From positions 31,846 through 95,845 of IMG/VR virus record IMGVR_UViG_2881966637_000002: a DNA stretch of 64,000 nt. One strand, written 5' to 3'. Positions 1 to 9,615 of the stretch are shown here, one piece after another. Position 1 is the stretch's first letter. Each line of letters begins with the position of its first letter. Below the pieces are notes generated by a model. It worked only from the letters and a program-made list of their open reading frames with translations, ran no database searches and was not told the origin of the DNA. This stretch comes from a virus. Its lineage: Duplodnaviria > Caudoviricetes. The translations under genes were made by a program, and so were the position numbers.

Positions 1-3000
1 ACCTTTTGTGCCTGGGTCAAGGTCTGTTTATTAACGCCCAGATCCTGGAACGAAGGGTTATCGACAAACGACGTTTGCGAACTAAACGCCCGGTCGAGCA
101 ACACGGCGAACCGGCGTTGCTGTTTCTTTCGGGCTTCCTCATCGGTAAACGTGTAGCCAAGCAATTCTTCGGCGTAGGGCCGCTCTATCGTGTCCAGCCC
201 GGTTAGTCGGCCGGTGAGTCCGCTTTGCTCTTTATCGTTGGCCAGTACCGTGGATGGCGCGTCGAAGTCTTTAAACGCACCGGCCGTTGTTTTGAACAAA
301 ATGCCAATGGCCTCGCCCGAACGCAAAAACTCGTCTTTTATAATGCCCTGCCCCACGGCCCCGAAATAACTACCGGCCTGCTTCAGTGGCACCGAAACAC
401 TTAACGAAAACACGCTTTGCGTGTATCGTTTCATGATCTGATCGAACCAGCGGTTGTACCGGTTCTCGTCCCGGTTCTTAGCCTGCTCCCTGCGGTAAGA
501 CTGTAGCCGGTCGCGCTCCTGAGACAGATACGATTTGATCTGGTCTTTCTGGCTCCCTTCGTAATCGGATTCGATGCTGTCCAGTAACCCGTTGAGGTTG
601 TTGACCACCTTCGTGTTTTCCAGCACATCGCTGACCGCGTTAAAATAGGTCTGCATGGTTTGTACCGGGTCGGTCGCGAGTATTGCCCCCGATGGGCCGT
701 TACGAGCAATTAACTGACGACTTTCTTCCAGTTTCTTAGCGTAACCCCGGCTTTGTTGTTCGGCCGACTGGTCGCTACCAAAGGTGGTCAACGGCCAGTA
801 ATAGTTGACCCGCTCGAACGGCTGGGCCGGATTGGCCTCATTCACTTCCTGCTCCAGCAAATCGGTTACGTCCGGGTTATTGAAGAATGTAGCAAGGCTA
901 GAAAAAGCGTCAATTTCCTCCTGCGCTCCGGTTTTGGTAAACCGGTCATTGAGTGTGTTGAAGTCCTCACGGCTCAGTAAGATATAATGAGTTTTGTCAT
1001 TCTCCCGGTCGTAATAAACTGCCCCTCGCGGTGTACGCCGTAGTCCACCTTCCGGGTTTTTCTCGTACAATGTAACCGGCTCTGGTGCTATCTCGCTGAC
1101 AGCATCCGCTTTGCCGTAACTGGAAAACTGGCTTCTCGACTTACCAACAATGTCCATCACGACGCCGACCGGCAGGTAGACCGGACGCCGGATAACGGCT
1201 CCCGTTTCATCGTAGTCATAGGTATTGACTTCGATGGTTCGCACTGTATCGGCCGTGTTGCCCGTGTTCAGCGAATAGCCAGCCAGCAGCCGGGTAGCTT
1301 GTATCTGGGCCGACTCCAATAGTACGCGGGCGTAAGCGGCTTTATCCGCTGATTCGCGCTTCACGGAGTGGATGAGTTCTTTCAGTAAGCCCCCCGAACT
1401 ATCAATGAAGTTGGTAAACGTTTCCAGGTTCAGTAAGTGCCGTAGCGAAAAGGCCGACCGGAACAGTTGCCCTCGATACCCCTCTGCGTTATACGCGGTA
1501 TCAAACCCTTCCTTAATCGCGTTGGCAATTTTGTACGCATCGACCTTAACCAGCGTACCGGACCGGGCGAAGAACAGTTCTTTGGGCCGGTTCCAGACCA
1601 TTGTTTCGGGCGAAACAAGTTCAAATCCCGTTTCCTGCGCTACTTTCTTAATGTAGTCGCGGTCGGTCTTAGTCCAGAACATTTTAGGCGTGTAGTACAG
1701 CCGGGCCGATACCTCAATTGGCACTTCGCTATACATCTGCATCGCTTGTTGCCGTAGACTGTCGGGCGTTACGATGGTCCCCAGACTAAACTGCATGGCC
1801 TCGGGGTTGGTGTCGATACCCGACGTATCGAAGCCGGCATTGATCTGATCAATCACGGTAGCGGCCCAGTTGGATAACTTGACGTCGGCCAGCTTCTGGT
1901 CGGAGACAAGGCCAATGGCGTTGCCGATCTCCGCAAACAGCCCGTCCAGCCACCGGCTAAATTTGCTCTTGCGGTCGCTGAGCCGGAACAACGCTCCCTT
2001 ATCACCTATCGCCGTTTCCAACGCTTCAATTTCCTGCTCGGCAACGGGCAGGTTTTTATAATAGGAGTTGGCCTGAAGCTTGGTGAAGTAGCCCGACTGC
2101 CGCACTAAGGAAACGCCTTGCTGGAATAGGTCTGGGTACTGGGTGCGGGCGACTTCGGCCCATAATCCGCCAAACTCGTGCATGACCGTGTTCTCGTCGA
2201 CGTCGGGCGACAAATACACCTTACCCTGCCAGCGGAACGCGAGTATTTTGTTGTTACCAACACGCGCCTGCGCATTGCTGTCAGCAATAGCCTGGTTGTA
2301 TTGCTGGGGGTCGGTAACGACCTCAACGCCCAGGTTCTCCCCGATCTGAAAGGCGAGGGCTTCAACCGGGGTGTCTACCCGCTGTTTAGGCAACAAGGAC
2401 GCTAAGCTGTGCTGAGTGCCCCCCCGGCTTTCGACAATGGCGTTGGTCGGACTGATGCCAGGCGTGCCTATGTTGGTGTAGGGTTGTTGTTGGGTTAGGC
2501 TGTCCTGAGACAGACCGACATTGAACTGCGTATCCCTGGCTTCGATTTCGCCAGCATACGACCGGTACGCGTCAACCACCTTTGCTCGTACGTCGGCGGG
2601 TAGCTGACTGGTCGGTGTGTTGCGGTAGGTTTCGGGCAGAACGCCTTGATCAACTAAATAATCAAGTGCTTGTTTGATGCTGGCTCCGGATGCAAACCCT
2701 TCATATCGCTGGATGGCGTGTTGCAACTCGTGCAGGGTGACGGATTCGAGTTGACCCACCCATCCAGGAACGTTGGGTTCCAAGTCACCTGTACGTCCGC
2801 CATTTCCATCAGATTCGGGTCGTCCAGCGAGGGAATCGTTTGCAGTAGCGTTTCGGGAAAGGGCGTCATAGTACGTGGCGTTAAGGATAATGAGGGGCAG
2901 GTTTTGCGGCACCATGCCCCACGTATTTTGCGTTTGGGCGCGTTCAAAAATAACGTGCCACTCGGCTAATTGTGGATACAAGGTAAGCAATTTGTCAATG

Positions 3001-6000
3001 GAAATCAAGTCCGACACGGGTATGGCCCCCGTGCGCTCACCGGACGGCAATGACCGCATGGTGTCCAGTACCTGTTGCGGGTTTTTTAGCCGGACATCCT
3101 GGTCGCTGACCCGGTGCCGCCACAACCCATCCATGCCCACGAACCAGCCGGTCGCTATCCGCACCCGCTCAGCTACGGCTTGCCAGTCGGGATTGGCCTG
3201 TAGCGTGGCAAACGTAACCCCGGCCGGGATACCCGCCTGAGCGTACTGAGCGGTAGCGATGGACAGGTTCTCGGCCAGGCTGACGCCATGTATGCCGTCC
3301 ACGGTCAGGTCGGCAACCGGCCCTATCGTGGAGAAGCGAGGTACCTCATCCAAACTGGGTATGTTGAACAGTTCGGTTTGCGCCTGATCACCGATAACCG
3401 CCTGTTCAATGGCCCTGATTTTCTGCTCGTTGTTCTCGGCAATCGCCCGGTCAATAGCGGTTATCTGCTCATCGACCTGCGCAATGGCCTGCTTGGCCGC
3501 ATCCTGCGCTTCGACGCCTGAGGTGTCCCCCGCGAACAGATCGCCTTGTTGCTTTTTTGTTGAAGCAGGTTTAGGTTGCGCATCCAGCCAAGCTTCCAGT
3601 TCGGCAACTGGTCGGTAGCTGGCAATGTCAATCGTAGGGGTACTGACAAAATAGCTCCGAAGGCGAAATCCTTCCGGCGCGGACGTAATGGCCTCCAGAG
3701 CCTTTTCTTTGCCACGCTGGTCAACAAACTCAGCAAGGCGATCAATCCAGGCACCGGACAGCTTTTCAACCAAATCAGTATTGTTGGCCTGCTTATTAGC
3801 GATTCGCTTAACCAGATCGGCGTTGTTGCGCATCCAGTCAGCAACGTCAAGACCCATAGAGACGAAACGCCCACCCTGCATCACGCCTACATCAACAATC
3901 TGTCCGCTTTCCAAACGAACGGACTGGTTTGTGCCGGGCAGCGACTCAATACCGTTTAATGCCGACTCTGCCGTTTGTTGCGCTTTTTGCCGCAACTCGG
4001 CTAGTCTGTCCCGGTACGCCGTTGGCGGATTGATAGTGTCGTTAGCGAACAGGTCACCGGTCTGCACCCGGTTGGATGCGTCGCGGACCAGCTTATCCCT
4101 TTTGCGAACTAAGGCGTCGCGTTGCTTTTGAAGATTGGCCCCTTCAATGTCGTAGGAAGCCGACACCTCGGCGGTGCGCACATCGCTCGACGCTTCGGCT
4201 AAAATCTCGCTGTCTACAGCGGAGGCAAGTTCAGTAGCTGTCGGCGTTTCTGCAACAGGGCCTTCAGCCGGTCGGTCGTTGGAGCCGGTGTCGTATCCGA
4301 GTTGGGCGTCGGGGGCGGGGGTAATGTCTGCATCGCTGCGGTCAGCATCGCCGTTTTCAACAGGTGCCGGTTCGATTTGGGTTTGGGCTCTGGCTGCATC
4401 AAGTATAGGGCTAACCGTTCGGTTGGCAAAGATAAGACTTTCGCGCATACGGGCATACAACTCGACACCCGCAGGATCAATACTTAGAAAGCCGGACTCA
4501 ATGGCCGGCAGGTCCGCAATAAAGTTTTCGGCGTCAAACGTGCCGTCCTCCTGGATGTAGCCGTTGCTGATCAAGGCTTCGACCAGCCGGTCAACTACCT
4601 CGTCGCTGTACGCATCCACCTCGCTGCTGACCACTGCCACCAGTTCGTCGGTAACGGCTTGTCCCTCCCACATCACGCGGTCCGCGTCGTCCATCGCGTC
4701 CAGCGCATCGGCCAAAGCCGCTTCGTCCTCGGCCGATGTATTGTCCTGGGCGTATTGCTGAAGCTGAACGGATGGACCGTTGCCTTTCCGGAACGAGATC
4801 ACGGCATCAACAATAGCCTGCTCAACGGTCTGCTGGTCGTAATCGGTCAGCCCCAGCCCATCGGCAATGGCCCGGCCAATGGTATCCAATGGCGGTTGCC
4901 GGTTGGCCGGGTCCAGGTAGTTGAGGTACGGGTTGCCGCCCCGTTCGCCCCGGCGCATGGCTTCGCCCGCCACCCGGTCGAAATCCGCCATATTGATTTT
5001 TCCCCTGGTAGCGAAAAAAGTCAATATCGCACTTTGCAGATCAACGGGCTGATACGTTTTGGCAAACGACGTCCTTACTTTCGGCGTTCGACCAGATCCT
5101 GTTGCAACAGCACTCTGGTCAGCGGGTCTTGGTTCAGTCCCCGCTCCAAGCTGGTCAAGCTCCGCTGCAAGCGCGTTATTTGCTCGGTCAAGCGATTCGA
5201 GTAATCCGTCTGCCCCTGCGACAGCATCTGTTCCTGCTGCTGCAACAGATCGGGCAAGGTCGTCTGTAGCTTCCTGTAGCTCTCGACCCGTCTGGTCGCG
5301 TTGCTCCTCGACAACCGCTCGTTGTAGTTGAGCATCGAAATCAAGCTCGACCGCTGGTGGTTGGGGGTTAAGGCCCGAAACTGACGGGGCGACAGGGTTC
5401 GGGCGTGGTGCCGGGGTAGGGGTTGCATCTTGTATCGGGGTTTCGGCCAACAAATCAATATCTTCGCCAACAACGGACTCGGTTTCCGGCGTTGTCTCTA
5501 CCGGCTGTACCAGAGCTCGCAGGGCGTCGGCTACCGGCGTATACGATTCGGCGTAGTCCGGGTTAGTCAGCAGGCCGTCAGCCGCGTTCAGATACGCCTG
5601 GGCCAGTGTTTTAAGCTCGACTACAGCCGGGTTTTCTTTGCGGGCTTTCCGCTTTTTGCCTTCATTGCCCTGCTCGACAGCGGCATACGCTTGTCCAATA
5701 CGCTCCAGAATGGTTTCGCCATCGCGGATCAAATTGGCCTCCGCGCTATTATCGGGACTGGTGTACCTTGCCGTGGGTAACGGCTTGGCCGGGTCCGCTA
5801 CGGCCGTGGCAATCGCCAGGTGCTGCGATAGGTCGTCGGCCGGCTGTTCGTAGCTGTCCACCAGGTCCGTGCGCTGGGACGGCACGAAGGCTCCGGATTC
5901 ATCCAGACCCAGGGGGGTGGTTATTTCTCCCCCCACCCGGTTCAGTTTTCGATACACCCGCTTGTTGCCGTTGGTCACGTACGCCTGTCCGCTGGGATCA

Positions 6001-7967
6001 ATAGCGGTTAAACTGGGCTGGAACGTATCGGGATAAGACACGGCCCCGAACTCCCGGTCCAGACTGTCCAGCTTTTCGGCTACGTAACTGTTGATCTGCG
6101 TGCGGTCGGTGTCGGCCGCGTACAGTTCCAACGCCTGCGCCCGGACTTTTTCGGCTTCGGCCCGGCGCGTTTGCTGCCGGATTTCGGCCTGGTACCTGGG
6201 GCCTTCCGGTGTCTCGACAACGCCCCCCAGTTGCTGGGTCAGTTTGCGCTGGGCGAGCTCCGCTTTGGTGCGTTCCCCGAACGAGGCATCGGGGTTTTGT
6301 AGCACCTGCTCCAGCTCGCTCAGCGACTGGCGGGCCTGGTTTAACTCGGCATCAAGCGTACGGGACACGTTGTCGGATTCGCTGACCCGGAACATGGTGG
6401 CCCGGTCGGATTCCGAAAACATATCCACGTCGGCAAAATCAGCCGATACCCGTGCCATGCGGCCCACTTTCTGCACCAGATCGGTATGGGTATCGGCGTC
6501 GATCTCACCGGCTTGCAACTTGTGATCCAGTACCCCCAGCATCTTTAACCGGCCGGGCGTCGATGGGTCGTCCGACAGCATCGTATCCAGGTCAATACTT
6601 TTGCGCAAGCCGTCGCGGACGTTGGCCCCGACGTAGCCAAACACCATTTGGTTCGCGGGCTTGGTTTGCAGAAAGGTGCCGGGCAGGGTACCGACGAGTA
6701 CGCCCAGCGTCATGCCGTAGATGCTGTTGAACGCATACCGCCCCCAGGACGGGTCTTTGAATCGGCCGGTACTGTCGGCCGACGCCAGGTTATTGTACAG
6801 CAATTTGGCCAGTGTCTCGGCGGTCGTTTGTAAAAACTCCTCACCGGCTTCGGGTAGTCCCTGCTCAACAAAACCCCGACCCACGCGGCTGGACAGTAGC
6901 TTGCCCATTGCGCCTAACGACTTCGGGTTTTCGATGATACCCAACGCGCCTTTCACCGCTTGCTGACCGGCATCGACCAGCATGTCCTGTGTGAAGCCTT
7001 TGGGTAGGTTCTGCAACGCTTTGACCGCTTCGGACATAGCCGCTTCACGGACGGTGGCACGGGCCGCTTTGTCGGAGATACCCAGCGCACGGGTCAAATT
7101 ACCCATGTTCGCTGTCTCAATCACCGCGTTGAGCCCGGCCACCGGAATCGCGAACAGCGTGGCGTCCTGTACGTCCAGGCCCGCCCCTATCGCTTCGCGC
7201 TGATAGAGTGGAAATGTTTGCAGAAAGGAACTGGCCCCGGTCACCCGCGTCGCGACTTTACCGGCCGTCGCCAGTTCCGACGTTAAAATGCCCCGCTCCG
7301 CAGCGGTAGCCGCTGTGCGCAACGCGGCCCGGCTCCCTATCGTCGCAACGGTACCAGCTCCGGCCGTGAGCAAACCGGGCAGGATATAGCTCATGAGCGT
7401 ACCGGTGGTGCCGACCAAGTTCTTAAAATTAACGTCAAACTCCACCCCGTTTTCCTCACTGTACGAGGCTAACGGTTTCTGGTAGTCCTGAGAAACATAG
7501 GCTTTGTAGCCGGCGAACGTTTTCTCAATGCTTTTCTGGGTCCGCGTCCACTCCGGTTTGTCGATCAACCCCGTTAGCCCGGCTCCGGCCGTGGCGAGCT
7601 GGGGCACGGCTTCGGCCATATCCACGAACCCGTTGTATATCTGGCCGAAGAACGCGTTGCCTGCCGTCGAGCTGTTGTAGGCGGGTGCCGCTTCCTGCTG
7701 GGTGGGGAGCCGGTAGGCGTCGAGGTAGTTGCTACCGGCGTTGCCCCCTTCCACCTGATCGTTGAGGTACGCCAGTTTCTGAGCCAGCGTCGCCTTCGTG
7801 GCAAAATCACCCTCGCGGTGCGCCTTCTCCAGCCGCTGAATATCGGCGGTTGGGTTCAGGCCGTTTTTCCGCATCACCTGTTCGGTGCGGGCACTGATCT
7901 GGAACGTGGAGAGCTCAGGGTATAAATCCTGATCCAGCTTCACGGGTTTAGTGGGCTGTTTTCCCAT
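1..7967 (-). CDS. Giant polyvalent/ejection protein (at least 2655 aa, 3' end outside window) with LPD23-like motif and zincin metallopeptidase domains
   Basis: ATG at 7967 overlaps the upstream TAA (TAATG); translated by hand as MGKQPTKPVKLDQDLY..., with no stop seen to position 1; TGWFVGMDGLWRHRVSD (~3100-3152), HELQHAIQRYEGFASG...YAGEIEAR (~2540-2732), TVMHEFGGLW (~2160-2189). Confidence 0.88.
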   Translation of the reverse strand, partial: MGKQPTKPVKLDQDLYPELSTFQISARTEQVMRKNGLNPTADIQRLEKAHREGDFATKATLAQKLAYLNDQVEGGNAGSNYLDAYRLPTQQEAAPAYNSSTAGNAFFGQIYNGFVDMAEAVPQLATAGAGLTGLIDKPEWTRTQKSIEKTFAGYKAYVSQDYQKPLASYSEENGVEFDVNFKNLVGTTGTLMSYILPGLLTAGAGTVATIGSRAALRTAATAAERGILTSELATAGKVATRVTGASSFLQTFPLYQREAIGAGLDVQDATLFAIPVAGLNAVIETANMGNLTRALGISDKAARATVREAAMSEAVKALQNLPKGFTQDMLVDAGQQAVKGALGIIENPKSLGAMGKLLSSRVGRGFVEQGLPEAGEEFLQTTAETLAKLLYNNLASADSTGRFKDPSWGRYAFNSIYGMTLGVLVGTLPGTFLQTKPANQMVFGYVGANVRDGLRKSIDLDTMLSDDPSTPGRLKMLGVLDHKLQAGEIDADTHTDLVQKVGRMARVSADFADVDMFSESDRATMFRVSESDNVSRTLDAELNQARQSLSELEQVLQNPDASFGERTKAELAQRKLTQQLGGVVETPEGPRYQAEIRQQTRRAEAEKVRAQALELYAADTDRTQINSYVAEKLDSLDREFGAVSYPDTFQPSLTAIDPSGQAYVTNGNKRVYRKLNRVGGEITTPLGLDESGAFVPSQRTDLVDSYEQPADDLSQHLAIATAVADPAKPLPTARYTSPDNSAEANLIRDGETILERIGQAYAAVEQGNEGKKRKARKENPAVVELKTLAQAYLNAADGLLTNPDYAESYTPVADALRALVQPVETTPETESVVGEDIDLLAETPIQDATPTPAPRPNPVAPSVSGLNPQPPAVELDFDAQLQRAVVEEQRDQTGRELQEATDDLARSVAAAGTDAVAGADGLLESLDRANNALAAELDQLGAGTEPRPADQSAVATGSGRTPKVRTSFAKTYQPVDLQSAILTFFATRGKINMADFDRVAGEAMRRGERGGNPYLNYLDPANRQPPLDTIGRAIADGLGLTDYDQQTVEQAIVDAVISFRKGNGPSVQLQQYAQDNTSAEDEAALADALDAMDDADRVMWEGQAVTDELVAVVSSEVDAYSDEVVDRLVEALISNGYIQEDGTFDAENFIADLPAIESGFLSIDPAGVELYARMRESLIFANRTVSPILDAARAQTQIEPAPVENGDADRSDADITPAPDAQLGYDTGSNDRPAEGPVAETPTATELASAVDSEILAEASSDVRTAEVSASYDIEGANLQKQRDALVRKRDKLVRDASNRVQTGDLFANDTINPPTAYRDRLAELRQKAQQTAESALNGIESLPGTNQSVRLESGQIVDVGVMQGGRFVSMGLDVADWMRNNADLVKRIANKQANNTDLVEKLSGAWIDRLAEFVDQRGKEKALEAITSAPEGFRLRSYFVSTPTIDIASYRPVAELEAWLDAQPKPASTKKQQGDLFAGDTSGVEAQDAAKQAIAQVDEQITAIDRAIAENNEQKIRAIEQAVIGDQAQTELFNIPSLDEVPRFSTIGPVADLTVDGIHGVSLAENLSIATAQYAQAGIPAGVTFATLQANPDWQAVAERVRIATGWFVGMDGLWRHRVSDQDVRLKNPQQVLDTMRSLPSGERTGAIPVSDLISIDKLLTLYPQLAEWHVIFERAQTQNTWGMVPQNLPLIILNATYYDALSRNATANDSLAGRPESDGNGGRTGDLEPNVPGWVGQLESVTLHELQHAIQRYEGFASGASIKQALDYLVDQGVLPETYRNTPTSQLPADVRAKVVDAYRSYAGEIEARDTQFNVGLSQDSLTQQQPYTNIGTPGISPTNAIVESRGGTQHSLASLLPKQRVDTPVEALAFQIGENLGVEVVTDPQQYNQAIADSNAQARVGNNKILAFRWQGKVYLSPDVDENTVMHEFGGLWAEVARTQYPDLFQQGVSLVRQSGYFTKLQANSYYKNLPVAEQEIEALETAIGDKGALFRLSDRKSKFSRWLDGLFAEIGNAIGLVSDQKLADVKLSNWAATVIDQINAGFDTSGIDTNPEAMQFSLGTIVTPDSLRQQAMQMYSEVPIEVSARLYYTPKMFWTKTDRDYIKKVAQETGFELVSPETMVWNRPKELFFARSGTLVKVDAYKIANAIKEGFDTAYNAEGYRGQLFRSAFSLRHLLNLETFTNFIDSSGGLLKELIHSVKRESADKAAYARVLLESAQIQATRLLAGYSLNTGNTADTVRTIEVNTYDYDETGAVIRRPVYLPVGVVMDIVGKSRSQFSSYGKADAVSEIAPEPVTLYEKNPEGGLRRTPRGAVYYDRENDKTHYILLSREDFNTLNDRFTKTGAQEEIDAFSSLATFFNNPDVTDLLEQEVNEANPAQPFERVNYYWPLTTFGSDQSAEQQSRGYAKKLEESRQLIARNGPSGAILATDPVQTMQTYFNAVSDVLENTKVVNNLNGLLDSIESDYEGSQKDQIKSYLSQERDRLQSYRREQAKNRDENRYNRWFDQIMKRYTQSVFSLSVSVPLKQAGSYFGAVGQGIIKDEFLRSGEAIGILFKTTAGAFKDFDAPSTVLANDKEQSGLTGRLTGLDTIERPYAEELLGYTFTDEEARKKQQRRFAVLLDRAFSSQTSFVDNPSFQDLGVNKQTLTQAQK

Positions 7968-9586
7968 TAGAACGTGGTGTCGGTATAAGGGGTGGGTATG
8001 GATGGGCTATCCCATTCGTCGTTGGCCCGTTTCTGGCCCTGCTGCGCTTTGATCAATGCGTTGACAAAGTTGGGGTTGGTTGCTTCGTCCACGGCTCCGA
8101 TAGGCACGAAGATCGTGGCCTGGCGGGTGGACGGGTTGTACACCCCGGTGCCGGCTTTGGTTGGCCCGAACCCGGTCCAGTTGTCAAACAAACCGGCTTT
8201 CCGGGCTTCAGTCGGGTCGTTGAACTGAACCGTTACCCGGCTGTAGCCCCGCGTATCTCGGTTCAGTGCGCCTTTGGCCGGGTTCATGCTTTTGGGGTCG
8301 ATGAACACCTTTGGCTCCACGGCCATGACCTGAAAGTTGAGTCCTTTCAGATTGATCGGCTGAACGCCGTTCGCGTCAATAAACCCTTCCTGAATATTGC
8401 CTTTGGAAAAGCCGGTTTTGGTTTTCTGAATGCCGAGCTGCTTCAGCAAGACATCACCCAATTCACCGAACAACGTAGCTCCCTGCAACTGGCCCACTTT
8501 GGACAGGTCAACTTTGGAAAACGGCAGCACCTTGCTGCCTTCCGCATCGGGATTGAGTCGGATTCGGTCGGCGGGTGCTGCCCCTTCGCCAAACAACTTA
8601 TAGTCGTAGCCCTTGCCGTCCGCCGATTTGCCCGACAAGTCCTGGAGTCCCTTCGCGATTTTGATCTGGTTGAGTTGGTACGCCTGCCCTTTCAACGCCT
8701 GATCGGTTTTGAAGCCGGCCGCAGCGCGTCGGTTCGCGTCGAACGCCAGCCCCAACCGCTGACCCTCCATACCCAGCCGCGCCTGGCTACGTTTATCGTC
8801 ATTGACCGCCATTTGGTAGCGGCCCTGGTCCATCTGAAACTCGTAGGCTTTGGTAATCGGGTCGGTTTTGTAATAGACCTGGGTGCCGGCGTGTTGACGT
8901 AAGTATTTATCGACGCCCATTTCCCGGCCGTATTTATCAACTAACCGGTTCAGCTTTTCATCCTCACCCACGGCTACCCGCTCCCACGGCAACCGGCCCG
9001 GCGCGTACTGGTCGCGAATTTCTTTTAAGTCGTCGTCTGGCTTGTAGCTGCCCCTAAACTTATAAACGTCGCTTTGCCCGGTCAGAAAGCCCTCCAGCTC
9101 TTTTTCGCCACTCCGGAAGTTTTTCAGATCGCCGTTGCCGACCAGGAACTCGGATTTATTCGCGGCCTCCTGCGCGGCCAGCACGTTGCGCACATTCTCG
9201 GTAGCCTGCGCGTACCACGGCTGTTGCTGCAACCGACTCGCGGAATCAGCCTGCCACGTAGGTAATTCGGCTTTGGCAAATGCCCGGAAATTGCCGTTGT
9301 ACTCCGTGAGCAGTTTCCGGTACAACGCTTTTTCCTCGGCGTTTACATACGCTTGCAGCCGCTGCCGGTCTTTACCCAGAAACGGTAAGCTGCGGGCTTT
9401 CTGCAAAAACTGCTGGGTCAACGCTTCGCCCTGCTGCTCCTCGGCCAACTGCTGTTCGCTTTGCTGGTTGGCGATTGCGCCGACCTGAACGGCTTCCTGC
9501 CGGGCGGCTGAAGCCGCGCTCCAATTGGTAAACGGCGCGGTTACCGCCCCGATTAGATTTGCGTTACCCGATGCAACCGGAACCAT
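7967..9586 (-). CDS. Putative internal virion/ejection protein
   Basis: 539 aa, A/Q-rich helical N-terminus, translationally coupled to the giant gene, lies after the tail genes. Confidence 0.6.
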   Translation of the reverse strand: MVPVASGNANLIGAVTAPFTNWSAASAARQEAVQVGAIANQQSEQQLAEEQQGEALTQQFLQKARSLPFLGKDRQRLQAYVNAEEKALYRKLLTEYNGNFRAFAKAELPTWQADSASRLQQQPWYAQATENVRNVLAAQEAANKSEFLVGNGDLKNFRSGEKELEGFLTGQSDVYKFRGSYKPDDDLKEIRDQYAPGRLPWERVAVGEDEKLNRLVDKYGREMGVDKYLRQHAGTQVYYKTDPITKAYEFQMDQGRYQMAVNDDKRSQARLGMEGQRLGLAFDANRRAAAGFKTDQALKGQAYQLNQIKIAKGLQDLSGKSADGKGYDYKLFGEGAAPADRIRLNPDAEGSKVLPFSKVDLSKVGQLQGATLFGELGDVLLKQLGIQKTKTGFSKGNIQEGFIDANGVQPINLKGLNFQVMAVEPKVFIDPKSMNPAKGALNRDTRGYSRVTVQFNDPTEARKAGLFDNWTGFGPTKAGTGVYNPSTRQATIFVPIGAVDEATNPNFVNALIKAQQGQKRANDEWDSPSIPTPYTDTTF

Positions 9587-9615
9587 AGTATGCGATAAAT
9601 AAGGTAAAAAACGTA

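Noticed and set aside
1-7960. Many short ORFs listed on both strands
   Set aside because: They are shadows of the single giant minus-strand ORF
1-7967. Giant protein as a crAss-type virion RNA polymerase
   Set aside because: Only DFDA and DFDR strings were seen, with no DxDxD catalytic motif in the visible part; the C-terminus is outside the window
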